Positions 41,346 to 50,686 of a stretch of DNA of 64,000 bases are shown in pieces. A program made the position numbers and the translations under genes. The stretch lies in IMG/VR virus record IMGVR_UViG_3300042359_000621; one strand, written 5' to 3'. The DNA is from a virus. Each line of letters starts with the position of its first letter. Positions within the stretch are counted from its first letter, which is position 1. The notes under the pieces are model-generated. The model made no database searches. It worked only from the letters and a program-made list of their open reading frames with translations, and was not told where the DNA came from.

Positions 41346-41670
41346 CTATAAAATCTCCCTCCGCATGGTAGATCCCATTATGAATTTTAAAACCTTCAAT
41401 ATTCTCGGTTTCAATATCCGAAAAACTTACCCGTTCACTAACCATCCAGATTAGTAATTTTTCTAAAGTGTCAAAAGCTGGAAGGTGTGGCAGTTCAAGC
41501 CTTAATCTATCGGGTGTTCCAAAAGCACCTTTAAAGTGAGTGCTGAATTTAAAGATAGAATAATGGCGATCGCTTACCCCTCTTGATATTTTTTCCACTT
41601 CATCGAGTAGGCATCCTAAGTTTTCCATCCTAAGTTTTCCATCCTTTCTTAGCACTGTTGGCATCCGCAA
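41338..41670 (-). CDS. hypothetical protein
   Basis: Overlapping gene train. Confidence 0.4.
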   Translation of the reverse strand: MRMPTVLRKDGKLRMENLGCLLDEVEKISRGVSDRHYSIFKFSTHFKGAFGTPDRLRLELPHLPAFDTLEKLLIWMVSERVSFSDIETENIEGFKIHNGIYHAEGDFIGD

Positions 41671-41905
41671 AAGCTATATGATCTCGCGTTACCTGCCACT
41701 TGTAACGAGGTCTTAGTCCCTCTCCAATCCTAACACAATCCGAGTCTGTATCAGTCAAAGGAATCGCGCCGTTCTGATATTTAAACAGGGCTTTTGTTAC
41801 CCAGTTAATATCAGTTAATTGTTGATTTCCCCCGCGCTTTTTTGCTGTCTCAACAACTAATTCCGCGATCTCTGGATAATCTAATTTTAATTTTGCTTTT
41901 GCCAT
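41630..41905 (-). CDS. hypothetical protein
   Basis: Overlapping gene train. Confidence 0.4.
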   Translation of the reverse strand: MAKAKLKLDYPEIAELVVETAKKRGGNQQLTDINWVTKALFKYQNGAIPLTDTDSDCVRIGEGLRPRYKWQVTRDHIAFADANSAKKGWKT

Positions 41906-42068
41906 TAAGACTCCTGTTCGTTATCTATGGTTTTCTTCATTCCTGAGTTAACAGGTGTTAGTCCCTCTCGCCACGCCAACCATCGGGTTTGCTGGTTTAG
42001 TTTGGAGGCGTTATAGTCTTCTAGGGTGATGTTCCAATCCTCAATAGGGGAATAGTTTTAATTTTTTA

Positions 42069-42437
42069 TTATTTTAGATTGGAAAAAGAAATAGCTAATG
42101 TATTTTTTATCCCACCATATAAATCATAAAATTCGACAATTATTGATTCATTTGGTTTCATCACTCGATAACTTCTATCAAAATATCCTGAACAATAGTC
42201 TGTACCGTAATCTTTTTTACAAATAACACGAAAAGGGATATCTGAAGTGATGTTTAATTGTTGAGGTATATCTAAAGGATTTTTTATTATGTATTGTGTT
42301 TTTTTGTTTTTTGATATAAAAACTAGATAATTTCCTGAACGATTAAATATCGTTCTATTTTCATTAGCTAAACATAAATTAGCAAAAGATATGCTCAATA
42401 ATGTAACAGTCAATAGTGATAAAAACAGTTTTTTCAT
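42069..42437 (-). CDS. secreted small protein
   Basis: It has an N-terminal signal peptide MKKLFLSLLTVTLLSISFANLCLA. The gene is AT-rich. Confidence 0.5.
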   Translation of the reverse strand: MKKLFLSLLTVTLLSISFANLCLANENRTIFNRSGNYLVFISKNKKTQYIIKNPLDIPQQLNITSDIPFRVICKKDYGTDYCSGYFDRSYRVMKPNESIIVEFYDLYGGIKNTLAISFSNLK

Positions 42438-42481
42438 TATTTTTTCTTGTTTTGTTTTATTGTAATTTTACCATTATTTTA

Positions 42482-44374
42482 CTACATATCAGGTAAAAAG
42501 TTTACACTTCTGAAACCATTAATTTCCTTGATTAGTTTTTGACCTAAACCAAAATTTTGCAATTCATCAAATATTAACTCAGTATTTTCAGCATTCAAAC
42601 CGAATTGAGTTCTGAGTGATGACTTGCGGTAACAGTCACGGGCGGGTATAGGTTCACCCTTAAATATTTCTTTGATAAAATTAAACACCGCTTGAGCTGA
42701 TGGTGAAAGTGTTTTATCCGGCAATACTTTATTGGCTGTACCATTCCACGAAGGTTTATATTTGGCTTGTAATTCAGATTCAAGGCTTAAACGCTTTTGC
42801 TCGTCCCAACCTTTTGTAATATAAAAAGCAACCTTCACAGATAGATTACCAACAGATTCAAGATGTTTCTTGACGTGATGTTCCCAATCACCTCGATTAT
42901 TCCAACGCCTCCAAAGGTCTTTAGATTGACCTATATAGAGGGGATTTTGATAGCCGTCAACAAATACACAGTATACCCCTGCTTCGTGTTGTGGTAGCCA
43001 CTGTAAACCACTGGGATAATCAATAGATTGCCATGTGTTGCAATCTAATGGGTTTATTGATTGCAGTACACTAGGAACATCTTTTTCAATCTTAGGGAGT
43101 GAAACCGTCTTAACGTCTATGGGTTTGTTTAAAAAATTAGGATTCAATAAACCTTCGGGGGCATTGCCTTTTTTCCTATACTCAACATGATGTTTGTGGG
43201 TTGGATGTTCGGCGATTTGATGTTGATTTGATCCACAAACAACAACAGGATAGGGAGCATTTTGGATATATTGAAATTCATGGGTGTCGTGCTTCCATAG
43301 ATTTTGAATTTCATTCCTAGCACTAGCGCCACAGAGGATTAAAAGGAAATTATTTCTAAACTTACCATCAATCCCTATGGCTTCAGTATTATGAGATTGC
43401 ATAAAACCGATTAAACAAATATCAAATTTCCTGGCGTTAGAAAGTTTCCGAATCGCATAAGTAAAGGTCTTAACTCTTTTTTCTTTGCTTTGTAATGGTT
43501 TGATAATATCTAATTGTGCTAACTCGGACATCGTGTCGTTAATCTCATCTAAACAAATTATTATAGAATGCCCGTCTTTTTCTTTCCGGTTTTCAACTTC
43601 TTCAATCAACCAGCACAAAATCTGATAAATTGTTTCAACATCTGATTCAATTCTGGGAAATCCCATCTGTTCCCAAATGGGATTCTTAGAAGCATGAATA
43701 TCCAAAACAATCACTTCGGCGGGTCTATGTTGAGTCAATTTACCAATCACGAAACCAGCGCCTAGAGATGTTTTTGCGCTCCCAGAATTTCCCCCGATCA
43801 ATATTCCCGAAGATTCATCTGCTAATTTATCCCAATTATAAAAGTTTAAGGTATTATCAGAGGGAATTTCACAGGGGACGAACGACAATCCATCAGAAGG
43901 AATATTATAATTATCTTGATTATATTCTGTAGAAATCTCTCGGTCTAAAACCATTAATTGATTCCGGCGAAGATTCCTTTCATTATCTTCTGGTTGGTTT
44001 TGTGGCGATGGTGGTGATGGTGGCAATATTTGATTATGGTTTTTGATTGGCGCGATCGCCTGTTGGCTTTCGTCTAAATATTTAATATCTCTAATTTTTT
44101 CTAATTCATATTCCATACCTAAACGTCGCAAAAATATAGCCTCGGTTTGTTCCTCTAATTTGGCTTGCAACTTAGATGATTTTTCTGCCTGACACCCCAT
44201 CACCCAACCCGCAACAGATAACACCGCACCAGCAGATGTTCCAACTATCCCTAATTGTGGGTTTTTGTTGATTGCCAAAGGTGAGAGAATTGCCAGACTA
44301 CAGCCAGCAATAGTTAGACCTATTGACCATGTTGACAGGTGAGGATTTTTTAAATGTTCAGGGGTGTTATTCAT
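42482..44374 (-). CDS. membrane-anchored FtsK/SpoIIIE-like P-loop ATPase fused to a C-terminal GIY-YIG nuclease domain
   Basis: It has two N-terminal TM helices and Walker A-like GGNSGSAKTS. Walker B is IIICLDEIND, and an FtsK-like block is FDICLIGFMQS. The C-terminus has GVYCVF..LYIGQSKDLWRRW...LESELQ..WN. Confidence 0.6.
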   Translation of the reverse strand: MNNTPEHLKNPHLSTWSIGLTIAGCSLAILSPLAINKNPQLGIVGTSAGAVLSVAGWVMGCQAEKSSKLQAKLEEQTEAIFLRRLGMEYELEKIRDIKYLDESQQAIAPIKNHNQILPPSPPSPQNQPEDNERNLRRNQLMVLDREISTEYNQDNYNIPSDGLSFVPCEIPSDNTLNFYNWDKLADESSGILIGGNSGSAKTSLGAGFVIGKLTQHRPAEVIVLDIHASKNPIWEQMGFPRIESDVETIYQILCWLIEEVENRKEKDGHSIIICLDEINDTMSELAQLDIIKPLQSKEKRVKTFTYAIRKLSNARKFDICLIGFMQSHNTEAIGIDGKFRNNFLLILCGASARNEIQNLWKHDTHEFQYIQNAPYPVVVCGSNQHQIAEHPTHKHHVEYRKKGNAPEGLLNPNFLNKPIDVKTVSLPKIEKDVPSVLQSINPLDCNTWQSIDYPSGLQWLPQHEAGVYCVFVDGYQNPLYIGQSKDLWRRWNNRGDWEHHVKKHLESVGNLSVKVAFYITKGWDEQKRLSLESELQAKYKPSWNGTANKVLPDKTLSPSAQAVFNFIKEIFKGEPIPARDCYRKSSLRTQFGLNAENTELIFDELQNFGLGQKLIKEINGFRSVNFLPDM

Positions 44375-44717
44375 TGTTTCCTTGAGGTAAAGAGAAAAAT
44401 ATCCAACATGAAACCGTTATTGTTAATAATAAAATCCACAATAATAATCTTAAGACTATCCAAGATTGTCCTATTCCTAAAGCGTAAAATATGCCAATCA
44501 ATAAAGATATTGCACCGAATATCAACTCATCAGAATCGGTTGATTGTTGATTCTCTGATAACAAATAAACTGCCACGCCACCAACAATTGAACCCAGATA
44601 AAGACAAATTGATAATACTCTAACCTCTGGATAAGTTAGTGCGAAATGTGACAGTAAAAAGGAACAAGATAAACCTGTTCCAAAGATTGAAAACTTTTTG
44701 ACTTTCCATAGTTTCAT
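44367..44717 (-). CDS. multi-pass membrane protein
   Basis: About four hydrophobic helices. It overlaps the downstream gene start by 8 nt. Confidence 0.5.
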   Translation of the reverse strand: MKLWKVKKFSIFGTGLSCSFLLSHFALTYPEVRVLSICLYLGSIVGGVAVYLLSENQQSTDSDELIFGAISLLIGIFYALGIGQSWIVLRLLLWILLLTITVSCWIFFSLPQGNNE

Positions 44718-44752
44718 GTTCTGATTGGGGGATGTTTCACCCCCAAATAAAT

Positions 44753-45268
44753 TTACAGTTTCATTGAGTTTTCAATTTTGTCCAACTGCTTCATCATCGC
44801 AACAGCCCCCGCATTTTCGTTAGCATAGTTACCAACAGCTTGCATTAAATATACAGCTTGAGTGTCAAGTTGTTTCTGAGTATTCAACTTTTCAGTAAAG
44901 CGTTTTAGAGAACCTTCAGCCACACCTTTAACATATTGTTGGTCAGCTTCGTACCATTCAGTCCGTGCTTTATCAACCTTCAATTGAGCTTCAACAATTA
45001 TCTTTTTATTGGATGCTGCTTTAATCGCATTCTCGGCGATAATCTTAGCTCCCTTAGCCTCATTCTCGGAGGGGTTGACTCGGTCGGGAATGTTGAATTG
45101 TTGGTCAAAATCATCGGTTCCTGCATAGCTGCGTTCACGGGTATAGGGGGTGATATCACCTTTTCCGGTAGGGGTCATCACTTTAGAGAAATTAGCACCC
45201 GTGCCAGCTTCTTTGATAATGTTTCCGGTTGAAAATCGACTGCGTAACCCGTCTAGTTTAGTTGCCAT
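44753..45268 (-). CDS. hypothetical protein (coiled-coil C-terminus)
   Basis: The start was set at the ATG for MATKLDG, because the track start is GTG at 45316. Confidence 0.45.
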   Translation of the reverse strand: MATKLDGLRSRFSTGNIIKEAGTGANFSKVMTPTGKGDITPYTRERSYAGTDDFDQQFNIPDRVNPSENEAKGAKIIAENAIKAASNKKIIVEAQLKVDKARTEWYEADQQYVKGVAEGSLKRFTEKLNTQKQLDTQAVYLMQAVGNYANENAGAVAMMKQLDKIENSMKL

Positions 45269-45524
45269 TGATTTTACTCCACTCATTAAGTAATTGTTTT
45301 TTACAACCTTCACCACCTTTAGCTTTTAGGCATTTTTCATACCCTGAAAGATTGGCTACAGCTACAAACTTCTGAAATTCCTCTGTTGGTTTATTTGTTA
45401 ATCTGACAACTTCAGAAGTTATCAAGCCAACTAACAATAAACTCAACAGAGCCATTGACCAATTGAAAACGTGAAACCCTGTTATCTGGGGGGAGGTCTG
45501 GGTTTCAGATTGTTGTAAATACAT
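45258..45524 (-). CDS. small membrane protein
   Basis: It has one TM helix (WSMALLSLLLVGLITS). Confidence 0.45.
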   Translation of the reverse strand: MYLQQSETQTSPQITGFHVFNWSMALLSLLLVGLITSEVVRLTNKPTEEFQKFVAVANLSGYEKCLKAKGGEGCKKQLLNEWSKINGN

Positions 45525-46073
45525 TTAGTTTGTCTCCAATTTCTGACTGTTTGCATCTAAATACCCCGCTATCGCACCACCAATAAACCCTGCCAGATGA
45601 CCTTCCCAACTAATCCCTTGCGCAACCGATGGCAGCATTCCGCCGATTAAACCTTGAAATATTACCCAAGTGATTGTTGCACATACCAAATTAGGGAAAT
45701 CCAACCGGAATATAGCTGACAAAAGGCAAAATCCAAAAAATCCATATATCACCCCGCTTGCTCCTATATGATTTGAACCAGGTTGACCAAAGAACCAAAC
45801 ACCAAAGCCTTCAATTATTGAAATCAGCCAAAAGTTGTAATTAAATTTTCCAGGGGCTTTGAAAATTGTCAAAGTTGCCAATGGCAAATATCCGACTGTG
45901 TTCCCTATCAAGTGTTGGGGATCTCCGTGTAGGAATGGCGAGGTTATAATTCCCAACATTCCTATACCTTCCACTCCTGGTCTGATTCCAAAATAATCAA
46001 ATCCGGGGAAAAACATCTCTAAAGCCCACATTATTCCCAGATAGGTAGCTGCACACTTAAAATCTTTCAACAT
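45525..46073 (-). CDS. rhomboid-family intramembrane serine protease
   Basis: It has FLHGDPQHLIGN (H..H..N), GASGVIYGFFG (GxSG catalytic Ser) and HLAGFIGGAIAG (catalytic His). About six TM segments. Confidence 0.8.
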   Translation of the reverse strand: MLKDFKCAATYLGIMWALEMFFPGFDYFGIRPGVEGIGMLGIITSPFLHGDPQHLIGNTVGYLPLATLTIFKAPGKFNYNFWLISIIEGFGVWFFGQPGSNHIGASGVIYGFFGFCLLSAIFRLDFPNLVCATITWVIFQGLIGGMLPSVAQGISWEGHLAGFIGGAIAGYLDANSQKLETN

Positions 46074-46077
46074 GGAT

Positions 46078-46230
46078 TTACCAGTCTAAAATTATCGAAC
46101 CCGGTGTTTGATTTTGTGGTGATTGTGTTTGGCGTTGGTTTGGTAAACTTAGTTTTCCAGAATAGAGGAAAAAAGCCAAGGCAACTAACGCAATACCACC
46201 CCAAATTAAATTCTGTTTGTTTTTTTCCAT
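46078..46230 (-). CDS. small membrane protein (50 aa, not in the track)
   Basis: My own translation is MEKNKQNLIWGGIALVALAFFLYSG.... AAGGA lies upstream. Its stop lies 4 nt before the rhomboid start. Confidence 0.4.
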   Translation of the reverse strand: MEKNKQNLIWGGIALVALAFFLYSGKLSLPNQRQTQSPQNQTPGSIILDW

Positions 46231-46592
46231 ATTTTCCTTTGTTGTTTATCTGTTCGTTTTGAATTGTTCATAATATCGGTTACAAACAATGTTGTTATGG
46301 ATTGCAACTAACGGGGGAATTGTTAGGTAAATAAAAATTCCAAAAATCATCCATTGGATAATAAATCTATGGTTTATCGTTATCACAAATCCCCCTCTAT
46401 ATAAGCTCGACAAAAGGCTCCGGTATTGTCTGGGGTGCGATTATCGGTAATATCTGCACCCCCTCTCTTTAGGCAAATAAAATAAGTTAAGAACCAAACT
46501 ACTATCCAAAACATCATTTCTTTGCGTGTGTAAAAATTCCACATTGGTTTCTGTGATGTTTCAATTCTTGTTTAAATCAATAATAAAAACCA

Positions 46593-46844
46593 TCAGTTTC
46601 GATTATTGATAATCACAGGTGGGGATGGTTGACTAGGACGTTCAACATACCTTGCACCCCCCATAACAATCGGAGATATAAAAATCAAAAATATAAATCC
46701 TAGTGGTATCCACAAGATATCTGAAGACCAACCCCCAGATTTAATGTTTTGATTGGGTTGTTGTTGGCAATTATTAAAAGGTTGTTGCTGGTAGTTTTGA
46801 CCAGGAGCTTCATAATAGTTGACTTCGATTTTTGGCTTACTCAT
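46593..46844 (-). CDS. small membrane protein with a Q/N-rich N-terminus
   Basis: It has the TM helix ILWIPLGFIFLIFISPIVMGG. Confidence 0.45.
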   Translation of the reverse strand: MSKPKIEVNYYEAPGQNYQQQPFNNCQQQPNQNIKSGGWSSDILWIPLGFIFLIFISPIVMGGARYVERPSQPSPPVIINNRN

Positions 46845-46871
46845 GATTTTCTCCTTTTAATTATTAAAAAA

Positions 46872-47147
46872 TTAATCGTTTCTGATGTTGTAAACAGTCG
46901 GTGCATTTCCTTGAGGAACAGAATAAGCACCTGAAGGCATTGCAGTAGGATTTATTTGTGGTCTTGCTAAAAAGTTTTGCAAAACTAAGCCTCCAACAAT
47001 TCCTAAAACTAACCACTGCCAACCTTTTAATTTGTCAAAGATATTGTCTTTCATTGTTTCATCCTCTCCTAATAGTTCGTTGATTAATGCTAATTTTTCA
47101 TAATCTTTATCAGAACAAACTTTCTGAGATAAGATTCTTTTTTTCAT
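46872..47147 (-). CDS. small membrane-anchored protein
   Basis: An internal ATG was chosen to avoid overlap with 47158..47478. It has the C-terminal TM helix WQWLVLGIVGGLVLQNF. Confidence 0.35.
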   Translation of the reverse strand: MKKRILSQKVCSDKDYEKLALINELLGEDETMKDNIFDKLKGWQWLVLGIVGGLVLQNFLARPQINPTAMPSGAYSVPQGNAPTVYNIRND

Positions 47148-47157
47148 CTGTTTAAGC

Positions 47158-47478
47158 TCAGAAGAACTTAAAGATGATTGTGTTTTGACTCCCGATGTTG
47201 AATCTGTAACCTGGTAATCCTGAATCACCGTATCCGCGTTCTGCAATCTCTGGATTCTGTTGATACTGATGTGGTTCATATTCTTGAGTTTCTTGAGGTA
47301 ATGTGTACTCGTATTCTTGGGTTACAGTTCTGCGGTTTCGGCATGGACTTTGTGGCATGGTTTCTGTTTGCAAATAAGCATCTTGGTAGGTATACCCTTG
47401 GGGTAATTCAGATGCCATAGCTTGACCTGTCACGGATGTGACCAAGCACAAGACAAGGCTTGTGCCAAGTTGTGCCAT
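47158..47478 (-). CDS. secreted small protein
   Basis: The start at MAQLGTSLVLCLVTSVTGQAMA gives a signal peptide. Confidence 0.35.
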   Translation of the reverse strand: MAQLGTSLVLCLVTSVTGQAMASELPQGYTYQDAYLQTETMPQSPCRNRRTVTQEYEYTLPQETQEYEPHQYQQNPEIAERGYGDSGLPGYRFNIGSQNTIIFKFF

Positions 47479-47546
47479 GTTTTTTACCGGAATCACCGTA
47501 CCACATGACAGGTTGTCGTGAACCAACGGGAGAAGAATTGTATCCA

Positions 47547-47741
47547 TCATTTTGAGTCCTTTTCAATGAGATTAATAAACTGGTTTCTTGCAGAGAGTAG
47601 ACTGCAAATCCCGTTAGCATTTGCTTGAATCATCCAGAGGGCTAACCCGCCACCAATACCTGTTCCAATTATCAAGAGTATGATTGTATTTATCATTGAT
47701 TTCTTGATGTTGTTTGCTGTTTTTACGATAGATGACACCAT
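47547..47741 (-). CDS. small membrane protein
   Basis: It has the TM helix TIILLIIGTGIGGGLALWMI. Confidence 0.4.
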   Translation of the reverse strand: MVSSIVKTANNIKKSMINTIILLIIGTGIGGGLALWMIQANANGICSLLSARNQFINLIEKDSK

Positions 47742-47820
47742 GATTAAACCCTGATTATTGAACTAACAAATCCCTCCGTGCATAAGAAAAACTACTTCGG
47801 GATATTGTTTTTTAATTGGT

Positions 47821-48366
47821 TTATTTGCCCTCCGGCAATGCAAAGTAACCGAGTACGTTTTCACTTCCGGTAAGTTGAAATCGATCTGCTCTTTCGACCT
47901 CTCGAATCTCGGCATCAATAATCATTCCCACCTGATTGAAACAGGTTGTTACTTTTGCAAATTCAAAGCCTTGGGCAAAATGTTCTAAGACTTTATCCTG
48001 TAGTTTTTCCGCAGCCAGTTCAACAACCTTGGGGGCTATTTGTTCGGCTAGATTGTCAGCCATTTTGTCGATTGTTTCAGCCATTGATCCAGCCGCGTGT
48101 TCGGCTTTTCCGCCCGTTTTCTTTTGCTGTGATTGCAGGTCTTTAACGTACTTTTCAACAGCTTGGGAGACAGATAACGAGTGAGTTTGTTGTATCGCGA
48201 TGATTGAGGAAAGAATCGCTACCATCCCATTTTGAGGAACATTTGTTGCGTCAAAATGGAAATTTTCTACCAGAGAGGAAATGATTAATCTAGCTCTTTC
48301 TGGTTTGACTTTAACCGCAGAGGCGATCGCGTCAAGGTCGTAGTTTTGTTGAGTTTGTGCTGTCAT
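47821..48366 (-). CDS. hypothetical protein
   Basis: It has a 4-nt overlap with the upstream gene. No motif recognised. Confidence 0.5.
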   Translation of the reverse strand: MTAQTQQNYDLDAIASAVKVKPERARLIISSLVENFHFDATNVPQNGMVAILSSIIAIQQTHSLSVSQAVEKYVKDLQSQQKKTGGKAEHAAGSMAETIDKMADNLAEQIAPKVVELAAEKLQDKVLEHFAQGFEFAKVTTCFNQVGMIIDAEIREVERADRFQLTGSENVLGYFALPEGK

Positions 48367-48620
48367 AGTCCTCTTAATTTAATGTCGTTTAAAATCCGTT
48401 CACGGGTTCGAGTTCTTGCCCTGTTTTTGTACTCGATTAACTTGCTTGCAGCATCAGCCGAAATCATGCCGTCATTGGGTTGAAAATCAAATTCCTCTGG
48501 GCTTAAAACGCCTCGGAGGTCTTGACATAGGGTTCGGAGATAATTAACCGAAACTCCTAAACTCTCGGCTACCTGCTCACGGGTAAAATGGGTAATTTCC
48601 TCAATACTTGCGCTCCGCAT
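48363..48620 (-). CDS. HTH DNA-binding protein
   Basis: FTREQVAESLGVSVNYLRTLCQD is an HTH pattern. Confidence 0.5.
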   Translation of the reverse strand: MRSASIEEITHFTREQVAESLGVSVNYLRTLCQDLRGVLSPEEFDFQPNDGMISADAASKLIEYKNRARTRTRERILNDIKLRGL

Positions 48621-48690
48621 AAATGATTACAAATCGTTTGGTTTCTGTTTGTTAAGCGAAATGAAACGCTTGACTAACAACAACAATAAA

Positions 48691-48708
48691 CCCCCTACAG
48701 AGAGGGGG
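48691..48708 (-). terminator. intrinsic terminator
   Basis: The minus strand reads ccccctctctgtaggggg followed by tttattgttgtt. Confidence 0.5.
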
Positions 48709-48743
48709 TCAATGTCATTTCGTCACTGGATGTCATTCTGTCA

Positions 48744-48959
48744 CTAATTACTCATTGTTTGAGCTAACAAAGATAGGTGACGACGGAAAACAACGTATTT
48801 AGGAGCGTTGTTATTGGAGTTGTTTTGATGTCTAAAAACCGTTCTCCGGTCGGCTCCTGTCTGAATGCAAATCCAATCAATAGATTTATTGTATTTGCTT
48901 ACAAATTCCTGAACCGATAGTTCGGTTGATGTTTGATATACCATTGTAATAGCCTCCAA
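48744..48959 (-). CDS. small hypothetical protein
   Basis: ORF followed by a terminator. Confidence 0.4.
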   Translation of the reverse strand: MEAITMVYQTSTELSVQEFVSKYNKSIDWICIQTGADRRTVFRHQNNSNNNAPKYVVFRRHLSLLAQTMSN

Positions 48960-49025
48960 GTTGTGCTTAGTCGTGAACTTGTGGGTGGGATTGATCGGCT
49001 GTTATCCGATCAATCCCCTTTAAGT

Positions 49026-49295
49026 TTAAATTCGTGAATTTCGCCACGCTTCTATGCTTTCCCAACCGATAGGGATCAATGGGATTAAGTTGCTTGGTTT
49101 ATAGCATTTCTCATGAATCCGTCCAGCCTCTATACTGAATGACCTGGTACTCGGCGGGATCTCTTTTCCACACTCTACACAAACAACAGACTCGGGTTTG
49201 TAAGCAGTGGGATTCATTAGGTCTTTAAGCTCCTCTGGAGATGGGGTATATTCGTCGATATCCCATTCATCATCGCTATAGTTATCCATGTTCAT
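49026..49295 (-). CDS. small acidic protein with a CxxC motif
   Basis: The internal start MNMDNYSDDEW was chosen because the longer track ORF overlaps the divergent + gene. It has VCVECGKEI. Confidence 0.35.
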   Translation of the reverse strand: MNMDNYSDDEWDIDEYTPSPEELKDLMNPTAYKPESVVCVECGKEIPPSTRSFSIEAGRIHEKCYKPSNLIPLIPIGWESIEAWRNSRI

Positions 49296-49407
49296 TTGAC
49301 TTGTTTTAAGGTGGGGTTGGGATTGAGGTGAGAGGGGTTGGAGCCTTCTCGCCTCTTTTAGCGTGATTAAAATATTGTACACTGAACAGTAACAATAATG
49401 GAACAAT

Positions 49408-49638
49408 ATGGCAAGCGACAAGAAAAACAGAATTAACTCAACGCTCCCGGAATTCCATCGGAAATGGTTAAAGGTATGGGCTTTCCTGAAGTGCACCACG
49501 CCGACCGCATTGGCTGGCAATATTCTCCAGGCTAGGATCGAAGCTAACCTAGACTTGATTAGTCGGATGTTAGCAGAAAGGTCTGAAGATTTGGGGATAT
49601 CTTCAGACGAGTTAATCAATCGGATTTTGGATGAATAG
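49408..49638 (+). CDS. possible small DNA-binding (RHH-like) protein
   Basis: Lone + strand ORF in a minus block. It has INSTLPEFHRKWLKVWA. Confidence 0.3.
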   Translation: MASDKKNRINSTLPEFHRKWLKVWAFLKCTTPTALAGNILQARIEANLDLISRMLAERSEDLGISSDELINRILDE

Positions 49639-49971
49639 CTAAAACAAACTTAATTGACCCTCATTAGCAACCGCTTTACGTTTTGGATTGTTCCACGATT
49701 CCCCACGACTGTTGACACAGTTTCGCCAGTCGGGATAGGTTCTGAATGGTTGTTTCAGAGCCACAAATTTCGGAACGAGTTTCAATTCCTCAAGCCAGAT
49801 TTTATAAGGGGAATATTCTCTGGCTCCGAATGGATACCGCGCATTGACATATTCCCGTGCGTCTTGTGGGTTAATTTCTTGACCGAGGCAAGCGCATTGT
49901 GCTTCATATTCAAGGAGGGAGTTTGCAATCTTTGATATTGAACAATCGCGCCAAGACATTGATTTTTTCAT
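49639..49971 (-). CDS. hypothetical protein
   Basis: Gene train. Confidence 0.45.
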   Translation of the reverse strand: MKKSMSWRDCSISKIANSLLEYEAQCACLGQEINPQDAREYVNARYPFGAREYSPYKIWLEELKLVPKFVALKQPFRTYPDWRNCVNSRGESWNNPKRKAVANEGQLSLF

Positions 49972-50264
49972 TACTTAACAAGTGTGGGACTAAAATCAAC
50001 CTCACAATCCAAGTCCCAAAATAGATTGGCAGAGGTTCTATATAGGCAAAAAACACGGTCACTCTCAAGATCAATTAAGTAACATTCTTGCCTTTTGTCT
50101 TCCTGGTTCCAATGTTCGCCCGTTGATTGGCAGTCATTGGGGTCAATTAATTGACTTTCTAATTTGCGACGATCCTCTATTCTTAACATCCGAGAATCAA
50201 ACCCTCGTTTTTCAACAGATGACAGCCAATTGTATAATCGTCGAGACCCAGTAACTTTAATCAT
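49971..50264 (-). CDS. hypothetical protein
   Basis: 1-nt overlap with the downstream gene. Confidence 0.45.
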   Translation of the reverse strand: MIKVTGSRRLYNWLSSVEKRGFDSRMLRIEDRRKLESQLIDPNDCQSTGEHWNQEDKRQECYLIDLESDRVFCLYRTSANLFWDLDCEVDFSPTLVK

Positions 50265-50425
50265 TTAATTACCCTCCGAACTAGGATAGTTAAGCCAATA
50301 CCAAAACGTGATTAATTGATAGTTGGCTGGGTTTCTGTGGCGGATAATATTACGCCATAGTCTGAAGTTAGTCTTGTAGTCATGTGACCCGTCGCGCCAT
50401 AAGTTAATTAGATTCATGCTGTCCT

Positions 50426-50686
50426 TTACTTTCTAGGGTTTAGCGATCGCCTATAAATTGCCATCGCTCTAATGTGGTTTGGATCATTGATATTTTCATG
50501 ACACTGAATCCAATTTCTTATCAGCGTCAAATTGTACAAATATCCCGCCCGATTCCCGCCAGGGCGTTTGTAATAATGAATTTTGTCAATCCATTTTTTA
50601 CGATAATGTTTGACGGAATCGGCACTCCTCAGTCCCAAGAGTTGGGCGGCTTCCGTCTTGGAGCCAAATTCGTAGGCTGCAATCAT
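50426..50686 (-). CDS. HTH-like small protein
   Basis: It has SKTEAAQLLGLRSADSVKHYRKKW. Confidence 0.45.
   Translation of the reverse strand: MIAAYEFGSKTEAAQLLGLRSADSVKHYRKKWIDKIHYYKRPGGNRAGYLYNLTLIRNWIQCHENINDPNHIRAMAIYRRSLNPRK

Noticed and set aside
46231-46592. Further tiny ORFs in the gap upstream of the rhomboid block, for example a 55-aa TM ORF at 46377..46544 (-).
   Set aside because: It is plausible as a membrane peptide (MWNFYTRKEMMFWIVVWFLTYFICL..), but it has no clear RBS or conservation evidence. It is mentioned in a finding rather than annotated.
49296-49619. The long form of ORF 49026..49619 (-).
   Set aside because: Its N-terminal 108 aa overlap the divergent + ORF 49408..49638 and look like non-coding translation. 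Only the C-terminal 89-aa form was kept, at low confidence.
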